Assembly: GCF_000150275.1 (NCBI RefSeq)
Contig: NW_002060947.1
Span: 294,695 to 358,694 of the forward strand
Reading direction: 5' to 3'
DNA from: Trichoplax adhaerens
Taxonomy: Eukaryota; Animalia; Placozoa
Length of the DNA: 64,000 nucleotides
Below the pieces are notes generated by a model that saw nothing but the letters and a program-made list of their open reading frames with translations, did not search any database and was not told where the DNA came from. Every line of letters starts with the position of its first letter. Within the stretch, counting starts at the first letter, position 1. Shown here piece after piece: positions 1 to 14,930 of the stretch. Made by a program: the position numbers and the translations under genes.

Positions 1-654
1 AATGCCATTGTGAAGAATATAATTCAATCAAAATCTCAATTAGAATTTTGATGGAGGGAAATCAATTTTGAAATTTACCGATATAATCTAATGATTGGTC
101 CTCTCAATAACGGTATCTTTGTAAGCAGCGTTGATATATCAATATATTTATTACCTGTGATAGTTTATTACAGGTACTGCAGTATCAAATCGATAATGAC
201 TCAAAGTTTTATTGAAAAGCCTAATCTATACCTATTTTGTGATTATTACGACTAAATGGACAATCTCTAGTACATATCATAGTCAATAAGCTAGATTCTG
301 TTCAAAAATATAAACAAAGATTCATTTTCAAAGAAGTTTTTAACGAATCAAATATACACTTTTACGTGTGATCCTACTTTTATCCTCCCTTTTTGTCTAT
401 TATTCGTATATCTCGTATTAATAGTAATATGGTACGTAGGATAATTAGTCTATTACTATAGTTTTTTAAGAAGGTTATACAGCAAGCGATCTAAATATAG
501 CAATAGCGATAGTAAGAACGGAAAAAAAGCAATTTTCGTATCTAGGATATTAAGGGTCACTAATAACCCATTGCATACTGATCATTATCATAGCAGCGGT
601 TTAATATTATATTATAATCAAATTAATGGTATACTAGCAGTATGATGTGTATGA

Positions 655-1830
655 TCACGAAAATTAAAAATTTGTAGAAAATTAAAACCTGATTACATCT
701 TTATACAATAATAATCTATCTAATTTCGCTCTAGCCTGATATATCTACAAGAAAGAATTCCAGTCAGAACTACTGAATAATCCAAACTTACTAGTTTATA
801 TACAATACTTTTCGTTGCGTTTGCAGCCGCAATCAAGATAGCAATATTTTACCTTATTCTTCAATTATTATTATTAACAACGAAATTTAACAGCGAACTA
901 TTTATAATCCAATATGGCAATAGCTACAGTAATTACGTAGACATTGTTTATATCAGCTAATATGTATGATGAACTTAATATATTCTAATATATGAATTAC
1001 TTATTGTTTCGGTATTATACACTATAACATCTAGATTAGAGTAGAAATATCTATGTAGGATAATTTTGTTGATTAACCCTTATTTAAAGACTTTCTAATT
1101 TAGATATGTGATGTTTAAATGTAGCACAAGCTTGTATGGCGATATATAGAAACAGCCTACTCAAATAAATAGTTTAATTTGGGAATCAAGAATAATTTTC
1201 TTACAATTCAAATCACCGTGATTGTAACTTACTTATCGTAGATTGTAGATCATCATAGAAATGTTCCGTGATAGGACATATTGTAATCTGACAATGTTGT
1301 ATTTGTCATTCGATGTCTATGTTCGTAAATACTGTTTTCTTCATTAGGTAGCAGTAGATAAAATTAGCTATTAATTCATTAGCAGGTTTCAACGTTAGTA
1401 TTACTAACTAGGATGTATTTGCTATTGTAGAAGAATATATTAATGCGATATATTGTATAATTAAATGAGTTATTAAGATTAGTATTTAACGTAAGATACG
1501 AAGGGTCTAATTCTTTTTGTAGTCTACTGGTATAGGAAAAGTGTTCCTAAAAGAGTAGATATTACTCCCTGATCTTTGGTTCAGGGAATTAACTTATTGA
1601 TCGTGCATTAGGTTATCTTGTTACAAAGCTGTTTATAACACTAATCTACTCTAACATCTACAATCAATAGTGACTCAACATTCTACCGTCTTAAATTACG
1701 GTCTATGTCTATAAGCTATTGAATATGCCTTAGATAAATAGAAAGCTGCGATTCTGTAAATCATATTAAGTAAAGCTAATAATCTATAATTCAAAGATAA
1801 GTCACGCTATGCAAAGCTATTATCAATAAT
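655..1830 (-). repeat. Old dispersed repeat family B, copy 1 (interrupted by a solo LTR at 1005-1640); boundaries approximate
   Basis: The sequences on both sides of the LTR (about 655-1004 and 1641-1830) align by eye with the uninterrupted copy at about 9030-9647, e.g. AGAACTACTGAATAAT and CCAATATGGCAATAGCTAC/CCAATATGGTAATAGCTAC. They also align with the reverse complement of about 53168-53783. Confidence 0.7.
1005..1640 (+). mobile_element. Solo-LTR-like element, family A (older, diverged copy)
   Basis: Homologous along its length to the other family A copies. Termini TGTTTCGG...TATAACA; flanks CTTAT/CTAAT (5-bp TSD, 1 mismatch). Confidence 0.8.
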
Positions 1831-2502
1831 GTTTAAGGCTTTCTTAACTAAAATCTTAGTAGATGACGGTTATTTGATGCAGAAACAGTCTTAAATTTAG
1901 GAATAGATAGGTTAAAATGATAATTATAATTGTACATTGCCTAAACGGGATGTATTAATCACCTTTAATGATCTTCAGATTTGAAAGCACCTTTTAAAAG
2001 TTTATATCAAACGTTCTAGGGTAACAATCTAATATATGCTTGTTAGTTTGTGTTTAGATGTATTGTTAGTTCGATGGTAAAGTAATAAATTCAAAGGATT
2101 AGAATGTATTTTAATCAGTGTTAATGAAATTTCTTTAATATATTTATTTAGTAAGTTGTTAAAGACTAGGCGACTCGTATAACTAAACCAGTTTTATGCA
2201 TCTACGTATATTCAATAAGCTGTAATATTACGATTAATAAAGTAAGTGGGATTTCTAGCGAGATTAGAAACTGAGCAAAATATTATTTTGATTTAACTAA
2301 ACATTGGAACACCAACTACTTAGTATTAAAATTACAAATTTGTAGTGTAATGAAAATCTGCTCTCAATATGACAAGTTAAGAGTGCTATTAAGTGATAAT
2401 TGGAATTTTTCATTTTTGCTGCATTTATTTAAAGCTGATAGTTTATGTATAGCGGTTTCTAAGAGAAATATTACCAATCCAAAAATCGGTCTTTCAAGTT
2501 GC

Positions 2503-3134
2503 TGTTACAATGTTATATACTGTATTAGAGTAGAAATATCTATGTTAGGATAATTTTGTTAGCCTATACTTATTTAGTTGAGAATTAATTTGGATATACT
2601 GTGTTTTAATATAGCACTGACTTTTTATGACAGTGACATACACATATACTGAAATTAATACTGTAGTAATATTAAGGAATGCGAATTATCTTCTTACTGT
2701 TCGAATCATTGTGATTGTAACTTACTTATGGTAGATTGTAAATTATCGTGGAAATGTCCCATGATAGGACATACGTAATCCTATTATTCTGTATTATTCA
2801 TCAGTTGTCTATGTTCGTAAATACTGCTGTCTGCATTAGGGAGCAGCAGCTAAAATTAATGTCTAATTCAGTAAATGATTCCAAAGTTAATCGTACTAAC
2901 TATAACTCATGAACTATTGAGGAAGATTATATAAATGCAGTATATATCGTGTAATAAAGTGGATTCTCAAACTTAGTGTTTAACGTAAAATACGAGACGT
3001 CTAAGCCTTAGTGTAGTCTACTAGTAGAGCAAAAGTGTTCCTGATAGTGCAAATATTATTCCTTAATGCAAAATTCAAGGAATTGACTTATTGATCGTAC
3101 ATTACGTTATCTTGTTGCAAGCTGTTTTGTGATA
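2503..3134 (+). mobile_element. Solo-LTR-like element, family A
   Basis: Termini TGTTACA...TGTGATA; flanks GTTGC/CTTGC (1 mismatch); internal TATATAAATGC followed by AATAAA. Confidence 0.85.
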
Positions 3135-6100
3135 CTTGCCGTGGCATTAATACTTATTTACTGGCTGTCAACTGGAATAACTATTCTTCCTCCACATACA
3201 ATAGTAATCTTGACATATTAAGACTTTAAAGTAATATACTTATCCTAAATAATTGCAAGTAATGGTACTGGTATATGCCAAATGATTGCCTATGCTTAGA
3301 TCTATCATATACAGAAAATAGCCTCATGGAAACTACTATAATCTTTGAATTTATCACCTTGGCGTGTTGTTTTAGCTTTTTGCAAGCCAAAGTCTTCAGT
3401 GTTTTAGCCAATTAGGTGTTTAAATTTTTAACACTTAATTCATGATATCATTAATAAAAACACTTTAAATAGTAATTTTACAATTAAAAAAATAACTCTG
3501 TTATTGGTTATACATTTATGTATCTGTTATAACTTTGTGCAGCAATTACATGATGTAGTACGGTATTTGGATTCACATGGTAGCATAACGATTGATTAGA
3601 CATAAGTGATTTATTATGATTACCAGACTCGCCGAGGTTCTTTAATTGTAATGCTCTAATCTAGGCTGGAATCCTAAGTATACTATAATGAACAACTATC
3701 GGTAATATTTTTCAGAGTAGCTAAAGCGATCGGGCTTTCATATCCTGAAAAGGATATTGTAATAGTATCAATTATATCAACATCTATTAAATTAAAGTAA
3801 CCGGGTGAGTTCTTTGATTAGTTTACAATTACTATTATAGTCCGGCAAATTAATTAAAAATAAAGTAAACTTTTAAAGGATGCCAATGCACAGCTGAATT
3901 TATACAGTCGACGTAATCATTGTGATTTTAATCTGCATTCAAATTTTAATCGCTTAATTGCTTAAATTTTGAATATTTGATGATATTCTATTATTTTTAA
4001 TTCTAGGGTTAAATAGATATTTGTTTAAATCTGATTTCGAATTGGAATTTGTAATTTTTTTGGGGGGTATGGTATGTGTTTTCGTTAGAGAAAATCCTGT
4101 TAATTTAAAAACATACTGTAGATATTTGTCAATTACGAACCTTCGTGGCATGAGCTGTTTCCAACAATAGATACTTTAGAAAGGACCATAATGGTGTCAC
4201 AAGATCGATTACGTTAGCTACTTTGAATAAATTGCGGTATAACTGTATGGGATATTAAAGAGACTTGCATTAAACTTTTATTGATTACTCGTTTCAATTA
4301 CCTAGCTTTTGAATGAATTGTAGCGATGAACTATACGTAGGAAAGTTGATGTACGAAATTTATCATGTGATAAATATTAATGCTATTTATAAATATACTG
4401 AAAATAAACATAGTATAGAGAACTAAGTTTATCAGCGTTAATGAACAAGTATTTCTATTAATTATTAAAAGGATATGGATGAATAATTATTTGACTACCA
4501 GGAAAATTTATTTTGAGAAACAAGAGGCATACCAATTTATGTTATGAACCTGAATTTTCGTAGTGATGGCGATACGAGTATTCAATAACATCAAACTAGT
4601 GAGGAAGCTGTAATAATCCTAACGATTTTGGGACATATCAAAACTGTGCTTATTAGTGCATTATGCTAATTTATTTAAAAATTTTATGATTTCTATGGAA
4701 ATACTACAAAATGATTGCACTGCGTGATTTACTCTACAAATTTCATTAGATGATTAAAGAAAGAGCTTTGCAATACAGTCTGCTGATTTCAAGCTTTGTC
4801 ATTACCGTATATTTTCTATCAAATTTGAAAAAGTCTAATAATATTGGAAAATTTTATTTATAAGATGTGAATTGAATATCTTTCTGAACTTTCCGGAATG
4901 ATTTTAAATTATAATTATTAGATGCAATAATCACGCAAGAAACTTTAAAATTGAAAGTAGTTATTATATAACATCATGATAACTGTCTTAGGAAAGATAT
5001 TCTAAATAGACTATGTAATTGCTGTCAAAATCTTCACAAGCGATAGATTCTCAATTTAGCAGCCGTAATGCTGTTCTTTAAGTATCGCTGAAACAAATAC
5101 AAATCGATACTTAGTTAATGATAGCAGCGTTGCTAAAACAAAAATCTAATTATTTATAGGCAACGTTCACCTTATTCCTACACTTCTTAATCAAAGGGTG
5201 ATATAACACTCAGGCGAATATGCAGATTAAACTAGATATACTGTAGCTTGTAATTATTTACAAGGCCGTTTATATAAGACTACCTATTGATATCTTTAAA
5301 ATCCTTCAAAACAAGCTAGAAAAACGCAGCAAAAATAAAAATATAATACTTTTGAGATCTATTAAAGCCTTCTTTCACAAGGGAATAAAAAATTGAATGT
5401 ATGAAGTTAAATGAAAGTTAAATAGAATGTTGCGTGCACCTTTTTTGCTATACTCTTTGTAATTTCTAGCTTATAATCTCGATTGCGTTTTTGCCTCAAA
5501 CATAGTTATGCTATATTTCTGTGACCCCGAAGATATCTATACCCTGATATTGTCTATAGACAATGAAAAGTAATTGAAAATTAATATCAAAATCTTTGTT
5601 ATTGCTAAGTATGTCTATTTAAATAATAAAGGAAAAATATTTATAATTATAAAAATAAATGTTGAACTCCCAATTGATCAATTAAATGACGATAAAATAA
5701 GTTTGAATTGTTATAGTTACTATTTATATTATTATTGATACAAAAGCATTGATTTCAGAAAGCAATTATAGGTCTCTATAATATCATTGAAATGAACAAT
5801 AAATAGCTGCGTATATGGTGATAGAATTTCAATCAAATTATTTATTCTACGATTGAATTCCGGTCTCAATTATATATACAAAATTATCGATTGTCACGTA
5901 CATAGTTTAATTTCGATTAAATATCTTAAATAAGAGGAATTCTCAACCGAGAGTATCATTAAAATAAGTTCCTTTGGTAAATGGATGAAATCAACACCAG
6001 AAGGATTTCTTTGCATTACTGATTCTGAAATGTGATGAATTTAATTGACCGTTGATCTGTAGGTTAGTCGTAGAGGCTTCCATGAAAAACTTAATATTAT

Positions 6101-6601
6101 TTGATTGCGTAGTTATTTCGTGCACTTTAAAAATGTATTCCTTCCAGTAAATATTTTCGTGCGTGATTTATATATTAAATACAAATTGCTTTTAATTTCA
6201 TTTCATACTGCTCCGTTACCAATAAAACCATCTACTCTGTGCAAGAAAATAATCGTACATTAATCTTACGCCTTTTTGCTTATCTCTACATTAGCCCTTT
6301 TACATCTGATATAGTAACAATCGCTCTTTAAAATAATCTCATTTACTTTCGTTATTGTTCTCTATCTGTAAAATTTACTTTAAAAGTATCATAAAATAAA
6401 TCTAAGTGCAATCTGATTAGAACTGTCTAGAGGTTGAACTTTAAATGACTTATGATCCGTGTAGATTTGAAGTCTTTTCCCTAAAACCAATAGCATTAGA
6501 CTCTAATATTTGATATTTACATTTTAAGCTATTAAGGAGAGGTTAAGAATTCCAACTATCCTGGTAAAGATCTTTATGACTAATTGTCATTGAATAACAG
6601 C

Positions 6602-8409
6602 ATGGCAAATCTCACTGCACAGCGTAACATTAGGAGTTCATCTATTGCCAAATCTTTTATGCATGTAATTAGTATCTTAGAATTTTGCCTTTGCATCTTG
6701 TTCAATATGCTGGTCGTGCTATTTTTTCTTCGAAAAGGAAGGAGAAGGCTGTCATCAACACAATTTCTCATCGTAGCAGTATCAGTCACGGATATGTTTT
6801 ACACTTGTAGTGGGTAAGTATGGTGATAGAATTTTTTTTAATTTATAGTAGACTTTAAGGGTAATAGAACTACTTGGATCATGTATCTTATAGTATTCAA
6901 CTTTTACCGTCGGTTTCTATTTGGAAAATTTGTCAAAGTCAATGCTCCAAGCTGAACTGATAAATGCTCGACATCGTTAATCTATATGGCTGTACTTCGT
7001 TATTTAAGTAAAATACGATAAATTTTATGCTATTTATTAGCAGTAGAGCAATACGAACTATTGATTAGCGCATTAGATAGCTCCAAAAGTTAAAATTTGA
7101 ATAAAGTCAGTTGATAATTAATACTGCAATGGATCTCTGAAATAATCATTTTGAAACTGGTAAATTAATAGGACTATGTAAAGAAAACTTATCATATTTT
7201 GGGCTTCCATAAGCATTAGCGGCAAACAATTATATCTTTGAAGCCATTTAAGCACCATAAAAATAAGATTGAAAAATCTACAAATATATATTTGCATCTA
7301 GCTATTCATTTCAATTTATTACATTACTTATTTCTAATAGCCATTAAAAACTGAGCTTACTTTGATTAAATCTTAATCGCAATATTAGCAATATTCATGT
7401 TAATTTACATGTTCTGGGGCAATACGTTTTTGCATTATACACCCGATTTTTAAAAATAAGAAAGACAGAATCATGAAGAGATTTCCATTCTTAATTCAAG
7501 CAATCTACTAAATTACATAATTTTTAATCTAGGGTTGCAGCCGCTTTAATTACTGGGATTTTTTCAGAAACAAGTGAAAGCGCCTTTTCAGTAATTAATC
7601 CAATTATTTGTCAGTTAATGATAACTTTTCAATTTATACTTATTGAAGCCAGTGTCTTAACGCGTTTCCTTCTATCAATGGCTCGCTATGCTGTCATTAC
7701 GAGAAATATGAAAACTATCAACACAGGAACAATGCAAAAGCTACTTACATTTCCAATCATAAAATGGATGCTTTTTATGGTTTGGACAGGCTCCATTTTG
7801 GTAATAACCATACCAAAATGGCTTCCTCCAAATTCAATATTTCAGCAGCAGAATAAAACTGTTTTAATCTCCTGTTCAATTTTGAGTTCTAGCGAATTGT
7901 CATCGGACGAGAAATTCTATAATTTCATCTTGTCCATTTTAACCATTGTTGTGCCAAGCCTGTTCATCCTGAATAATTATGTCCTCATTCTCAAGCACTT
8001 AAGTAGCAGTGCACGGCGTGTCAGTAGCTATAATGGAGGACATTTGGCAGTAGCCTATGCTAAACTAATCATGAACCAAAATCGTCGAACCTCAATTAAT
8101 GCAATAGAAAAGCAAATGTTGCGTATATATACACTAAAGCGTAGGCGCTCTCAGCAGCGACAGTTAGCTACAACTGTTATGATTCTTTCCTCGACATTAA
8201 TCATTTCTTATTATCCTATTGTAATTATTAATATTGCCGCAAACTTTACTACAGTATCTGTATCTAGTCTTTACGTGCAAGTTGTATTATCGATTTCCTA
8301 TCTTATTAGCATTGTTGCTCCAATGCTGTTATTAGTTCGTAATAGAAAACTGCAGTCATATGTAAAGTCTTGGTTTAAAACAAACTCTGTGTCTCCAATT
8401 GATCAGTAA
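6602..8409 (+). CDS. Class A (rhodopsin-like) orphan GPCR, 2 exons (6602-6813, 7533-8409), about 362 aa
   Basis: Exon 1 encodes TM1-TM2 (LFN...VSVTDMFY) and ends GG|GTAAGT. The acceptor TCTAG|G rejoins in frame with ORF 7618-8409. The product has a Cys at the start of TM3 (ICQL), ARY in place of DRY, a TM4 Trp, an ECL2 Cys, TM6 SYYP and TM7 IVAPMLL; seven hydrophobic segments in total. Confidence 0.85.
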
Positions 8410-9029
8410 TGCTTTTGCCGTTATTTTTATACTGATGTCCTACTTTATAAAGCGTTGCATTGCACCAAAAGCCTAAAATTTTGAATTATCAAATTTCATT
8501 GCCACTTTTCTCCTGCAATTTGATAATAAAAGCATTAATGAATGAGAAGCTAACAAAAATTGTACCGAATTCTTTCTCAAGTTTGAGCATTTTTATCAGA
8601 AGTATGGAATAAATAGCTTCAAACGTAATAAAATTATTAAGTTACCCCTTCGTTAACATATATTTAGCCTGTGCAGATTTGCTTTCCAGAAGATCCATGC
8701 TTCCTATGGTAACGATGAAGATTATTTTTACAGTATGCTTGAGTATTAGTAAACTTCTTTATTTTACAAACTGTTTTATACACTGCCCTAATTCATTACT
8801 ATTATCTAGTCATGCATTTATTTTCCACGGCAACCCTAGTTATTGCTATAGTACCGTAAAAGTCCTGAAATAATAATTTACTAACTTCGAAGTTCACGGT
8901 AACTAAATCATTACCAAAGCCCTATTTATTTCTTTCCCAGAATTCCTGTAAATGAAGAAATTGAACATATGAGGTAATCTTGAAGAATATTTAGATTAGA
9001 CACACTCCTTGCTGACTGTAATTTAAGCG

Positions 9030-9647
9030 ACTACAAAATTCCAAATTACTAAAATTAAAACTTTACTAGATCATTATACAAAGATATCAATCTAAATACT
9101 GCTCTACTCTAATCGAATGCAGTTACTAGAAAGGCTTCTAGATAGAACTACTGAATAATTCAAAGTTGCCTGTTATGTGCTTTTCATATTATTTGTTGCT
9201 GTAATCAACATAGAACATTTCACCTTATTTTACACTTATTTAGATTACAATTATTATTAGCAACAACAATTTATAGTGGACTACAATCCAATATGGTAAT
9301 AGCTACTGCATTCACGAAGACATTATTTCTGTCAGACAGTAGGTACGATGAACTATCTATATTCTAATACATAATTTACATATCTGCTTTTATTTCTAAC
9401 TTCAATCGTGACTCAAATACTCTACTGTATATGGTCATCTGTACTCTGATATAGAATCTTGAATTATAGTTTACGCCTATGAGCTACTAAATATGCCTTG
9501 CGATAAATATATGAAGCTACGATGCCGTACATGATTTGAAATATGGCTAATAATATACGATCCAATACTAGGTTACACTACATGAACTTATTGGCAAATA
9601 ATGGATATAATCTTTGATTTCGTACACAAAGCGATGTAATTATGACA
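9030..9647 (-). repeat. Old dispersed repeat family B, copy 2 (uninterrupted, about 620 bp); boundaries approximate
   Basis: Aligns by eye with 655-1004 plus 1641-1830 and with the reverse complement of 53168-53783. Confidence 0.7.
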
Positions 9648-11435
9648 TGCGCTAAAAATACTTTTACTATACATGTTTAGTCATAGTGCGATTTATCATA
9701 AAACTTGACCTTATAGTAAACTTATTTGAAAAAGAGCCAGCTAAACAGCTGTAACGAAGCCGCTTATATCGATTAATCATACCAGATTAAATATATAATT
9801 CAGTAAAGTTTAAATTGACAGCTATAACTATTTAAAGATACTTGTAAATGAAATCTTTATAATTTGGCCTGAGAAATTTTTTTTCCGGTTCATAATTGTG
9901 ATCAATGCGATTACATGCAAAATTTATGAATTACACTGCTTACATCAATTATTACTAGAGTAGCTCGTTAATACTTTCTGAAGCACCTCTCATTGGCATA
10001 ATTTGGAAACTTATTCAGCTAATTATGCGGAAGTTTATTTTATTCTATCAATAAGGAGTGTTGGAAAACTACAATGCATTTTGTGTACAAAATAATGAGG
10101 CATGACCAAGGCTTACGGACAGTTTAATAATTATATATCTTAATTTTATTTTCCATAGCCCGTTAGAATCACAAGCGATACATTCATTTCAATTATCCCA
10201 CCTTAGTCATTGCTAGTTATATACAGTCTTGATTGCCTTTTAAGATTTTTACTATTGGGTTAATCATTTATTCGCTAAGACAGTATCTTAGAGAGTATTT
10301 CTATAAGTATAAAAATCAGCACGGAATATTCTGGAAAAATTTTGATCATATAAACAATCCAATGTATTATTATACGTCATTTTAAAAATTTCACTGAAAA
10401 CAATTCCGAGACAACAACGCTTTTAATTAATTGTTTGCTATCATAACCGCATAAACTGCATGCGTGGCTATGTTATTGGTAGATTGAAAACTTTTCCTAT
10501 CATTAAATAATACTTATGACATAAAACACAAATCAAGCTTAAAGAATGTCAGTATTTCCGCTAATTTCAAATGTGATGAATTACGAAATCAGAAATATAT
10601 ATATTGGTATTATTACGTGTGAAGATTGGCAATTGTTGTGTGCAGAACTTGGGGAAATTAAATCAATTTTAATAAAAAGCAAAGAGGTTCTCAGCTATAT
10701 TTGTGCTACAGTTCTGGGAAAACAAGGTGTTAATTAATGATAGTTAAAGTTTTTATTATGCTTTTGGATACTTTTAAATGATTAAAAAATGTGGACTGCT
10801 TGCTTTAAGATAACTGTACTTATAGAAAACTACCGGTACTTCTCTAAATCAGTTATGTAGAATTTCAAATTTCAAATATCTGCTTATATTTCATTTTAAA
10901 GTTAGCGACTAGTAACTCCCATAAAATTTAAAAGACATTCTAAATTAACTGGTATAAATTATGTACTGTAATAAAAACGACAAGAGTTAATGTTACTTCT
11001 ATAAGCTGTTTCGCCTCATTTATTTTGTTTGCTGTCCACAGATTATCTCCATATAGATCAGGCTCTAAATTATTTTTAAGTTTACATAACTGGGTCAGAA
11101 TTCTTGTAAAAATTAATAAAGAAATCAAACTTATTCGATCGCATCATGATGTTCATAATTCATTATTAAGCCAGGACAACTTTGGCATTCATGAGGATTG
11201 TCTATAACTTATTCAATATCTGTTAATAAATAAATGTTATTAACAATTAATAAAATCTTAATTACTAATTATTAAGGCTAATGATACAATTAATTGAGGG
11301 AGTCTGTACTCCGTCACAATGTTATATCACTATTAAAAAATAGCTATATGATGATTTGTTAGTGTATTTATCAATCATATTAATAAACTAAATTCTGTTG
11401 CTATAAGCCAGTACCCCAATATTCGAATGAATTTA

Positions 11436-11485
11436 NNNNNNNNNNNNNNNNNNNNNNNNNNNNNNNNNNNNNNNNNNNNNNNNNN
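11436..11485. other. Assembly gap (50 N)
   Basis: Run of N characters. Confidence 1.
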
Positions 11486-11958
11486 ATTCGGGATAATTGA
11501 TCAATCAATACACAATATAATCCCACTTAAGCCATAAAAATCAGTTCGAAAAATTTTAAGAATGAATCGCCGAATTTTTTAGGATGGTATTCCTATAATT
11601 TTGGTTCTATAAGGGGTAATCAAACATAATGTTATCGTCCTAACTTTGATACTTAACTCTCATTTCCGTATAAATTTGTAGCTAAACAATAGGAAAAGCT
11701 AAATTGAGCTACGAACTGATCATAAATTCTCTTCAGTCATATAAAAATATCATCTCACAATTTCATAATCGTTACTGAAGAACTGAAGTGAGTTGTTGCT
11801 ATAAAGTGCCGGCATCGGTCAGTGGTATTTCGCCTAAATATTATAAATAATTATAAAACCGTAGCTACGGTGCAGGACCCTCATTAGTAAAGTGATCCTT
11901 TATGTCGTTACTTAGATGACTTGCATATTAAAATGAAGATAATTTGTTAAAGACTTAA

Positions 11959-12588
11959 TGTGACAGTGTTAAATACTGTATTAGAGTAGAAATATTTATG
12001 ATAGGATGATCCTGTTAGCCTATCCTTATTTAGTTAACTTCTAATTTGGATATACTGTGTTTTATTATAGCACTGACTCTTTATGACAGTGACACTTATA
12101 CACATACTGAAATTAATAGTTATAATAGGGAATGCAAATCATCTACTTACAGTTCGAATCATTGTGATTGTAATTTACTTATGGTACATTGTAAATTATC
12201 GTGCAAATGGGCCGTGATAGGACATATCGTAATCTGACTATTCTATATTAGTCATTACATGTCTATATTCGTAAATACTGTTGTCTGCATTAAGGGAGCA
12301 GTAGCTAAACTTAATGTCTAATTCAGTAAATGATTCCAATGTTAATCGTATTAACTATGACTCATGAATTATTGAGGAATAGTATATAAATGCAGTATAT
12401 CGTGTAATAAAGTGGATTCTCAAACTTAGTGTTTAACGTAAAATACGAGGCGTTTAAGTTTTTGTGTAGTCTGCTAGTAGAGTAACAGTGTTTGTGATAG
12501 TGCAGATATCGTTCCTTGATACGTGGTTCAAGGAATTGACTTATTGATCGTACATTACGTTATCTTGTTGCAAAGCTGTTTTGCGACA
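11959..12588 (+). mobile_element. Solo-LTR-like element, family A
   Basis: Termini TGTGACA...TGCGACA; flanks CTTAA/CTGAA; TATATAAA at 12383-12390 and AATAAA at 12406-12411 (U3-R-U5-like layout). Confidence 0.9.
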
Positions 12589-14930
12589 CTGAATAAGACA
12601 TATTAAAATCTGGACCTTATAATGATACTTACTTACCATGTTAAACTAGAAAAAATTTGCTAATTGTTATCGATACAGTAGCTATTTGCTGATGATAATA
12701 TATTCGCCGCCAACAATAGTATAAAATTATTAAATATGTAGTAATTATAAAAGAAAAATCAAAATTTCTTTAGAAAAAGATCTTCTAATTTCATCTTTTA
12801 TTCGTTTTATGGAAAAATTAGAAAAGAATATTTTACTTTTTGCAGTTATAGCCATAATCATTGCCCGAATGTTAATCCTCATCTATAAAATCAGAACTAG
12901 TAACTTTTAGTAGATTATTTACCGTTAATCTTACGACAAATTTATCCTTGATGAATTATATTCATAGTGCCAATAATTAGACTAACGTAAATCAGGAATA
13001 AATTTGAACTGCACCAGCTTGGTATTTTATTATGGAGATGGCCTTACTATATCGTTTAGTTTATATATGCGTACGCTAATGCTGAAATGCAGTAGGGTAA
13101 TAACCCAAACTTCAAATGACTTGCTCTATTACTGTTATGGATTTAAGTTACGTCATTACTAGTGGGTCCTACTATTTTTTATTGCATGATTCTTTGCATT
13201 TATTCCTGTCGGTGAGCGTACGGTACAAGTACGGTTACGTATCAGCTAAGCATAGTTATATAAGATGTTGAAACAATCAATAAAGGTAGATATTCACGTG
13301 GAAGCATAGTTGCTAGTCTCGCTCCAGTCATCTGAGAGTTTTGAAGTATTTGTACGCTATGATCTAACAATTACTTATTAGCAACTATTATTAAAGCTTT
13401 AAAGTATTGTTAAGATGAAGTTACAATTATTTTTTGCTGATAAGAAACCCTTTCAGTCCATAAAAATTGTTGATTAGAATACATGTATTCTTTAGTAAAT
13501 ATTCATAGCAACCATAAATTCACTTTTAAACAATCGGTAAACAAACTATTTTGCCTTTATCAGATATCTTATCAATCGATAAATTGTAATTAAACATATA
13601 TTAAAATTCGAATATATCATAACAATAATTTAATGGTTATGATTATTATTATGATTAATTACTTTCAATTTGAAATTTTCATTTTCAGGCTAGACTTCCA
13701 ATTTACGTTAATTTGCGTAGAAAACTAGTATATAAAAATTATCTTGTATTTGGACTGATACATTATAATTCGAATTTGATTTGAAAAGTTAGATTAATCT
13801 TTTGTTCCTTACAGCCTTAACGATATATTAGTTCAAATATGAAACTTTTAGGCTATTCAGTTGTACTCATCTAATTTCTTTATGTATTTTAAAAATATTA
13901 CCATTGGGACAGGTATGAGTAGTTTCGATCGAATTATCTTTAAGGCATGGCTAAGTTAATACTACTTACTGTACCATAACACAAGAAATTGTAAAATGAA
14001 ATATTGACAAAGAATTCATATACTTAGTAATTTTTTATTTAGTTGATCAAATGGTTAATACCGATAATTTTAGTCCTTCATTTTTCAGTACTAGAAGAGA
14101 GATGTGGAATAACATGCATACACTCTATAATCATTAGAAGTTGATTAATTTTCTCTTTGCAACACTTAAATGTTAGAGTAGCTATATCGTAATTAGTACT
14201 ATATTCGTTCTTCAATAACTGTAGCCATTAAATAATTTATTGGCAATTTAGTTTTAGATATAGGAGCATGAAATTTAACCAGGATGATAGGATTCTTAAT
14301 GTTACTTATGGATTTTCAACTTTTTGCTAGATGCATATGTGATCATTAGCAAATATGATAGAATATAGGGATATTATTTACGGAGTAACTGCTATACAGT
14401 ATCCGAACACTTACGCGTATTCACTGGTTGTTATAATATGGTAACTCATCCAGAGATGTAACATAGAAGTTTATTACTAACATTTTAACGAAATATTGAG
14501 GATAATTAATATTGTTATCGAAGCATTGATAAATATTGCTCATCCCACAGCACTATATAAATTGATAGATCTGTTAAAAAACTTTGGGTTCATCAGTTTG
14601 CTGTAGCTGTTAGAGACAAACATTTGCTTTATTTTTCTGATGGTGGGAGATAGGCAGTATTTTATTATAAACATAAGGTAAATGTCGATGAGGACAAGTT
14701 TGATATTGGGCTCTTTGTAGTTTAGTTTTCGCTATAAATTCCAATTTGTAATACGGTTACTCGTATTATTGGATAGCCTATCCGCAAATGTGCGAACAAC
14801 TATTTATCTACGACATTTCACATATTAATTTAGAATTGTATAATTTTACAATACTATCAAAGTTTCGATAATTGATATTTACATAGTTTTGCTATAAATT
14901 AGTTAATATTCTCATTATAATTTAGGGATC

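Noticed and set aside
1005-3134. Two direct family A copies as the paired LTRs of one TRIM/provirus
   Set aside because: Each copy has its own TSD, they are clearly diverged from each other, and no PBS/PPT or coding sequence is evident between them.
12046-12237. Recurrent 63-aa 'MDIL...' ORFs (also 25832-26023 and 55623-55814) as a small gene family
   Set aside because: They begin at TTG, lie inside family A LTR copies and are disrupted in other copies; recurrence reflects the repeat, not coding selection.
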